A stretch of DNA of 64,000 bases from the human T2T-CHM13v2.0 reference genome, Homo sapiens. Every line of letters begins with the position of its first letter. The stretch's first letter is position 1. The position numbers and the translations under genes are program-made. Below the pieces are notes generated by a model that saw only the letters and a list, made by a program, of their open reading frames with translations, was not told the origin of the DNA and did no database searches. Where the stretch lies: the NCBI RefSeq assembly GCF_009914755.1, contig NC_060926.1; one strand, written 5' to 3'. Of the stretch, positions 56,040 through 64,000 are shown piece after piece.

Positions 56040-57285
56040 TATAAGAATGCACTGGGCTTACATCCCTTCATATCCAAAATAAAAAATGTAATACAGACCT
56101 TTATCATAGAGGTTTCAAATTAGTATTAAAACATTACTTTAGAATTTTTCTTAATCCCAATTTATACGTATGCTTGGACTAAATATTTATTGTCTCCAAG
56201 ATACTGCAGACAACAAATTAGCCAAAAATACTATGACCGTTTATCTGGGTTTATACTACCATGAAATAAAAATATATCTAATCACTCAGTGAATCCCTTC
56301 CATATAGACATCTGTTAATATTAATTCTATCTTTTCTTTGTAATAGAACTTTCCCTCTTTTCCCCACCCCACCCCCAAATCAGTGGATTGAATTTTCAGC
56401 ATTTTCTTTATTTTTCTGTTATGCAAAGGACTCAGCCAGTAGCATCCCCCATACCTTTCCACATTATCACAATTGGCTACCGAAACCTACATCTTCATTC
56501 CATTTTATATAGTATTAACTTTGTAAGCCTGGAAAATATGATTGAAAGAAATTGTTCAAGTTCCAATGTCCCTGACTTTTAAACACTGTTTCTTCCTTTT
56601 GTCTCAACCATCAAAAGTGTTAATACTTCATACCCTGTTTAGGTTGTAAAATGTCCACTTGAAACCCTTAATCAGTCAGAACGTTGGTAAATTATACCTT
56701 CATGCTATCCATATTGAGTACCCATTACTCCTGGACATAGCACATTAACTGACTCATTAGCTATTTCAAACCATATGGACTTGGGTTTGGGTGGGTCATT
56801 TTGATAATATCCTGAGGTGAGTTTCCTAATTATTGCAATTATGTGATCTCAATCATGAGGTCAGGCTCACAAAATAGTGTCAGTGCCTTTAGAATGGGTG
56901 TCACTGCACCCAGACAATGACTGAGATGAGCAACATGCTCTTTGGTTGTTATAAGTCCCTTGATACTAAAGAAAGTAATTACTTGAAAAGTTCTGTGAAA
57001 CCGCCAGGAACAGCCTGTGAATTGAGTGAGCATGGAATGCTATAATGCTTGACAGTCATGGATACATTGCCTAGAGTTCACAGTGGGAAAATGTGAATGC
57101 CACAGTGCTGATGCTACGTAGACATTATGTTTCTAATGTAAATTTTGTATAGTGTTTTAAGCAACAAGGCAGATTTTGTAAAAGTTGAGGGGAGTAGGAA
57201 AAGAGCAAATGTAGGAAAAGAGTATGTTGTCATTGAGAAATTCTGTGATGGTGTCACAAAACGAATATGAGAGGTAAGAAATTCA

Positions 57286-57624
<339 letters not shown>

Positions 57625-57654
57625 TCAAGAGATATTTTTAAATAATTACAGAGG

Positions 57655-58222
57655 TTGTTTTACTATGGTAAAATATACATAACATAAAAGTTAGCATTTT
57701 AACCATTTCAAAAGAGTATAGTTTTGTGGCATTATGCACATTCACATTGTTCTGCAACATCACCACCAACCATCTCGAGACCTTTTTCATCTTCCCAGAC
57801 TGAAACTCTGTAGCCATTAAAGAATAACTCCACATATCCCTTCCTCACATACTCTGGCAACTACCAACCTCCTTTCTGTGTGTATGAATTTGACTACTTT
57901 AGGCACGTCAAATAAGTTGAATCATACCGTATCTGTCCTTTTGTGACTGGCTTATGTCACTTAGCATGTCTTCAATGTTCATCCCTGTTGTAGTACGTAT
58001 CAGAATTTTCTTCCAAGACTGAGTGATATTCCATTGTGTGTATATGTGTGTGTTTGTATGTGTGCATATAACAAAATTTCTATATACATACACACTACAT
58101 TTTGTTTCTCCATTCAATTGTCAATGGACCCTTTGGTTGCTTCTTGGCTTTTGTGAGTAATGTTGCTATGAACATCCGTATATATGTATATATATATCTG
58201 TACAAATCTCTGCCTTCAAATC
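57655..58222 (-). mobile_element. L1MB3/4-like 3' end
   Basis: 'ggtaaaatatacataacataaaagttagcattttaacc...cttcccagactgaaactctgtagccattaaagaataactcc'. Confidence 0.85.
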
Positions 58223-58677
58223 TGAAAGGTTATCTTTGAAGGAAAAAAATAGTAAATGTATTTTTTGAAAGCCTACCCTCTGCCTAAAAATTGCTAACAA
58301 ATTAAAATAAAATGTCTGCAATTAAAATGATCATCAATTTGAAAGTGAAATCAAGGAAATCCCCAAAGCTTACCATTTCCTTTGATGTTTCTGTCTTCGT
58401 CTTTAGATAGCAGTCAAAGATACACATTAGAAATCAAAGATTTCTGTTTCTAGGCCTTTAAGATATGTATGAAAAAATTAGTATAATCAGAGCTGCTAAG
58501 ATGGGTCAGCTGGAAACAGCACCTGAACATCATTAAAGAATCAATATAGAAGCTTTGGAGAGGAGTGGTCATGCTCACTACCAAACTATCTAAATATAGA
58601 GATTTACTAAAAAAAGGAAAGAAGTTTGTAATCACACAATTGAGTATTAATGATGAACAATAACTAGTTGGTAAGAA

Positions 58678-58874
58678 TTTTTTTTTTTTTTTTTTGAGAC
58701 GGAGTCTCACTCTGTAGCCCAGGCTGGAGTGCAGTGACGCTGTCTCAGCTCATGGCTCACTGCCAGCTCCGCCTCCCGGGTTCACGTCATTCTCCTGTCT
58801 CAGCCTCCCTCCCAAGTAGCTGGGACTACAGGCGCCGGCCACCAAATCCTGTCTCTACTAAAAGTACAAAAAAT
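58678..58874 (-). mobile_element. truncated AluY-like right arm with an inverted middle segment
   Basis: Poly(T) plus antisense right monomer to 58844, then sense-oriented 'aaatcctgtctctactaaaagtacaaaaaat'. Confidence 0.88.
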
Positions 58875-59794
58875 ATTTTTGACTCCCAGGAAAAGTACAA
58901 AGATGAGGAGAGAGGAGAGCAGTCCTGAAATAAACATGTATTTAGGCTGAAATTATAGTTTCTGTGAATCGGCCTTAGGTTTCACAACCACAATTTACAC
59001 TTGTAAATAGGTTGAGGGTTCAGTGGCAAATATTTCCAATTTAGAGGTAGATATGACAGGATTAGAAAATAAATAAATAAGGAATTAATAGAAGTTTTTT
59101 TGGGGGGGTGCTATTACATTAAAATAATTAAACTACTTAAGTGAGTAAAACCTCAATTAGTAGTGGAACTCTAAATTCAGTTAATTTGTAATAGTTAACA
59201 GCAGTTCATTGAGAAGAAACTCCCACTGGCTTTAACAATACTGTTTATTTTTGGTGGAAAAGAGAATTGTGGCCTTCCTGATATTTTATTTTGGAATTGT
59301 TTGTCCTAAAATTGGGCCTATCCAACTTTATTTCTAGCCAGCCTATCCACAGATCCATTTAGAGCAAATCTGTTACCTCCCATGTAAGGGCCAAAACCTC
59401 TTAAGACATTTTATTTCAAAGTTTTGATGCTATCATAAAGAATCGACTCCTACAATACTAAGCTCTTAAGATGTCACATCATATTTAAGTAATAATGCAT
59501 GCTGAAGATGCTAAATTTAATTGGTTAGTGTGAGAGCAATTTTATGAGAAGAATCCATCATTTTGGGGGCTAAACATTATCAAAAGAAATTCAAATATAA
59601 AGGAAAAAACCTTTACCAGAAACCAAATGTAAATATGGATGACAGATATTGCTTTTACACATGGGGGTTAATTTGTAGAATAAAGAGAGAATGGCTATGT
59701 GATAAGGCTTCTCTTGTGGGCAAAGTACGCTTCATATGGTCATTCTTTAGTTGAGCCATCCTTGTCCTTAATCCCATGTTGCACTGAACACCAT

Positions 59795-59960
59795 ATGCAG
59801 TTTAGTAGAGTGGCTAATAGCACAGATTCTATAGTTAAACTTCCTAGGTTCAAATCCTGTCTCTGCTTATTCCAAGATATGTGACCTTAGGCAGATAACT
59901 AAACTGCTCAGATCCTCAGGCTGATTCACTGTAAAATAGGCACAAGAAAAGGCATTGCTC
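59795..59960 (+). mobile_element. MIR
   Basis: 'cctaggttcaaatcctgtctctgc...atgtgaccttaggcagataac...ctgtaaaatagg'. Confidence 0.8.
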
Positions 59961-60973
59961 ATATTTTTTTTTTTTTTAACTATTAGTTAATATCTATAAA
60001 GCAATTAGAACTGGGCCTGCCATATACTGATAGCTCATTATGTGGTAAGCCATTACTATTGCTATGACTGAGAAAGTCGTTTCCTTCTTCTTTTTGGCTT
60101 CTTAAGAAGAATTCAAAGGCCAATTTTGGAGAAATCCCTAAGTAAACAGCCAGACAAAGGAAGAGAATCATAGGCTAGTTTTCATTTTAATCAAAATGTC
60201 TGCTATATTTTAATCATTTTAAGTTAAATGTCTTTTATCTACCTTATGTTTGTTGCTCAAGGTTATTTTATAAATTTTGCTCATTCATAAGCCACAAATT
60301 ATCTTATTGTCTGACTTAGTTCTGACAGAGAACCAAGAAATGTGGCCTGAACTTATTTTTCAGAAATGGAATGAATCCCCAAGATGGCTTAAGGATGCCC
60401 TTCTGTTTTGGAATGCTTTCTCTTGGTGTATATCAAGGTTGGTTCAGTTTACCAGAGAAAAGATGCCAGGTGGGTGGCCTTTATAGAAAAGGTAAGCTTC
60501 TGCTAAGGACACTCAAAACCTTTTGCTTGACCTTTGCAGATTACCGACTCCTGTTTAGCCTTTCTCAGTAGTGCTTCCTTTATCTAACTTTTGCTCCCAT
60601 ACTCCTAGTTTCTTTTCATCTAATTTATAAGGTGTACAAAGCTATTCATCAATATATAATGGTCTCTGTGATTTCAGTACAGATGACTACTCCTTATGCA
60701 TTAAATAATGTTCTATAAAACTATGTGTTAATGAAATGAAATGTGACTCTACTGGGGGATTTTAATACTTCAACTATTCCAAGTCTTCCCTCTTTCAATG
60801 TACTCTGTCTCACATTGTACTCTGTCTCACTTGTTCCATTGCATAATGGAGATGTACAAAGTGAAAATTGCCTAGCACATTGTCCCTTCTAAGAGAATAA
60901 TAGAAAATCTTTGAATTGCTGAGCTTATTGGAATGTCTGTTACCTAAGAACAAGTGTTGCCAGTGAGACTAAT

Positions 60974-61015
60974 TGTGTGTGTGTGCACGCGCACACACAC
61001 ATGTGCACATGTGTG
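60974..61015. repeat. alternating purine-pyrimidine (TG/CA) tract with palindromes
   Basis: 42 bp of unbroken RY alternation. Confidence 0.9.
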
Positions 61016-61411
61016 AGAAAGAGAAAGTGAGGGAATGAGAGAGGGAGACAATGCAGTATCTAGTTTATGTAAATAATTTCTATAGCATGAGAACATCCTA
61101 TATGTTTAACTAAGAAAAGTTAATATGACTCCTGACAACTACATATACACAATTACTCTTTCTATGAATATGCAATTATGAAAAATAAGCAGGTTCCCAA
61201 ATAATGTGGAATTCTTAGATGAAGCGTGTCAGTATTGGCACGTGTAGCATTTTAAAAGAGTATGGTTCTGTTTTATTTTTAGAATGTATTGACCTTAATG
61301 GAATAAAGTACCATTTAATAACCTTATTTTTCTCATAGGCTGGCATCGAAAGGGAAATCTTTCTTTGTTTACTGCTGAAGGAATATGAATCTATAAACTT
61401 TAGCAGTTTTT

Positions 61412-61717
61412 TTGTTTATTCGTTTTTGTTTTTTTGAGACAGGGTCTCATTCTGTCACCCAAGCTGGAGTCCAGTGACATGGTCACAGCTCACTGAAGCC
61501 TCAACCTCCTTGGCTCAAGCAATCCTTTCACCTCAGCCTTCTAAGTAGCTAGGAGCACAGGTATGCACACACAGCTTTTTTTCTTTTCTTTTTTTTTTTT
61601 GTTTGTTTGTAGAGATGGGATCTCACTTTGTTGCCTAGGCTAGTGTTAAACTCCTGGGCTCACGTGATTGACCTCCCAAAGTGCTGGGATTACAGGCTTG
61701 AGCCACCATGCCCAGCC
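61412..61717 (-). mobile_element. AluJ (Jo/Jr-like)
   Basis: Diverged dimer; TSD aacttta(g/a)cagttttt (61396-61411 / 61718-61733). Confidence 0.92.
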
Positions 61718-63035
61718 AACTTTAACAGTTTTTAGCCAAGCCATGGCTAACTAAAGAGTAATTTTAAACTTTTATTTAAATAAAGTAATAATAAGTTGAG
61801 TAGTAGTAGTGTTTTGTTCAAACTAAGGGTGCCCTTCTCTGTTTAACCATCTCCCTTCCTAATAATCTAGTGTTCCATCCCATAGTACTCCAAAATTAAA
61901 GGCATCAATCCAGATTACCCAGTGACTCAGCAAAATGAGAAAAAATCTCACTGGAGTCCAGTGAGAATCCAGGGACTAAATGCCTTGCCATCCAACCCTA
62001 TGGTCATATGCAAGTTTCCACAGGTATTCAAATTATATCCAGGGAAAAGGATCAGGGGTGGATAGTGGTAAGAAGACTTCTATGGAGTAGAAAAACAGCC
62101 CTGATTGATAGTATAACCTCTAAATTGAATGAATATATACCTATAGGAGCCTTTTAAACAGCAGAAAGCAGGATTTTCCCTACTTAACAAATATATGATT
62201 TTGTTGGTTCTCATGTTAGCAGTAGTAATGGAGGGCAGTGGTGAAAAGGGTTGGAAAGGGCTTGGTGGATTGGTGGAAAGGGGGACTGCAGAGTTTAAAA
62301 AGTCAATTATAAAGTTAGTCAACTATATAAATTAAAATTACTTTTTTGTACTTCTGAGTCAACGTATGTAACTATTGGCCCCTATAAAGATAGAAATAAT
62401 GACATAACTTTATTACAAGTGTTTCAAACTAGAAAAATAATACCAGCTCCATCTATAAGATTTATAGAAGTATAAGTGTCCAGCATGGGAGGCCAAAGAG
62501 AATAATAGGAATGGTGACAGTAATAAAGGGGGAACAAAGTCCATCCCAAACAGAAATTTAAATTTCCATGAATATAGCCAAAATTTTTAAAGAGAGATCT
62601 TAAGAAGAGGAATTGAATGTGGATAAACAACATAGTTTTAGAAAAATGTGACCAACACTACAGTGTTTAACTGTCTGGTGAAGGAGAAAGACCACAGCCT
62701 AGGCTTTCAAGTGAAGAAGTGCCTAGTAAGAAAGACAGTGACAATCTGTTATAAAATAGACTCAAACAATCCCTTAATCTAGGTCTTTAATCTAGATGGA
62801 AAATGTCTGAATACTGCACCTGGACTCGCCAGCTATTTTTAGGATAGAGCGCAAGGAAAACTGTTTTTATCTTGGGACTTGTATTGATCCTGATTTAATG
62901 GTTTGTACTCCAGGGCTCCCAGAAAGAGGTGACACTTAAGAGTGACAAGAGGTAACATAATTTCCTGGTCTTATCTATAGTTTCTATTTACTACAGCTCT
63001 ACATCAAGGGTCAGGAATATAAAGAAGAGAAGTGG

Positions 63036-63594
63036 CCATTTTCTTAATCCAGTCTATCATTGTTGGACATTTGGGTTGGTTCCAAGTCTTTGCTATTGTG
63101 AGTAGTGCTGCAATAAACATATGTGTGCATGTGTCTTTATAGCACCATGATTTATATTCCTTTGGGTATATACCCAGTAATGGGATGGCTGGGTCAAATG
63201 GTATTTCTAGTTCTAGATTCCTGAGGAATCACCACACTGTAATACTATGCAGCCATAAAAAATGATGAGTTCATGTTCTTTGTAGGGACATGGATGAAGC
63301 TGGAAACCACCATTCTCAGCAAACTATCGCAAGGACAAAAAACCAAACACTGCATGTTCTCACTCATAGGTGGGAACTGAACAATGAGAACACTTGGACA
63401 CAGGAAGGGGTACATCACACACCGGGGCCTGTTGTGGGGTTGGGGGAGTGGGGAGGGATAGCATTACGAGATATACCTAATGTAAATAATGAGTTAATGG
63501 GTGCAGCACACCAACATGGCACATGTATACATATGTAACAAACCTGCACATTGTGCACATGTACCCTAGAACTTAAAGTATAATAAATAAATAA

Positions 63595-63634
<40 letters not shown>
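63036..63634 (+). mobile_element. 5'-inverted (twin-primed) L1PA5-like element with (TAAA)n(TA)n tail
   Basis: 63036-63240 antisense L1, 63241-63600 sense 3' end; TSD agaagagaagtgg (63023-63035 / 63635-63647). Confidence 0.95.
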
Positions 63635-63635
<1 letters not shown>

Positions 63636-64000
63636 GAAGAGAAGTGGTTTCTTAGGAAGAATAAGCCAATAGAATAATTCCTAGATTCTTAAAACTTCTG
63701 ACAGTTATATTAAAACACTTAACAATTTGATCTCTCTAGAAAAATACCTTTAGACATTCTGGAAGATGAGAGGTCTAACTGCAGTTCAGTTATTCAATAA
63801 TTCCTAAAAAGCCAGGTGAGGTGTCTATTTGATAAATTTCTTGAAAAGCCTAAAGAGTTCTATGAAAACTGATTAGCTATTTTCTATTTGTATTATGAAT
63901 GAAATAGAGAGGAAAAAATAATAGATAAATCTCCAGGCATGAAGGATCAACATAATTTGCATCTCCAATTTTCTTCTACCTTCACCATCTTTTTCCTATT

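Noticed and set aside
56700-57100. Donor-like gag|GTGAGT at ~56817 with an AP-1 site
   Set aside because: No convincing upstream acceptor; isolated motifs are expected by chance

Overview
Human (primate) non-coding genomic DNA, AT-rich and dominated by interspersed repeats. The species call rests on two young Alus with AluYb8 and AluYd8 diagnostics, subfamilies that are essentially human-specific. No protein-coding gene, RNA gene, CpG island or CRISPR array can be supported. The ORF track consists of broken L1 ORF1/ORF2 and ERVL gag remnants, Alu-derived frames and chance ORFs. The largest feature is a near full-length minus-strand L1 (L1PA15/16-like, ~10.2-17.9 kb) inserted into an MLT1D-like LTR. 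The most interesting signals are retrotransposition fossils that can be read from target-site duplications (TSDs): an L1PA8-type 3' transduction of ~550 bp of unique DNA, an orphan ~200-nt polyadenylated retrocopy, an Alu with a twin-priming-like inversion, a twin-primed L1PA5-type element, a templated inverted MER2 fragment and a three-LTR chimera. I did not find a new multi-gene biological system. Repeat subfamily names come from my recall of consensus sequences and need RepeatMasker/Dfam confirmation.
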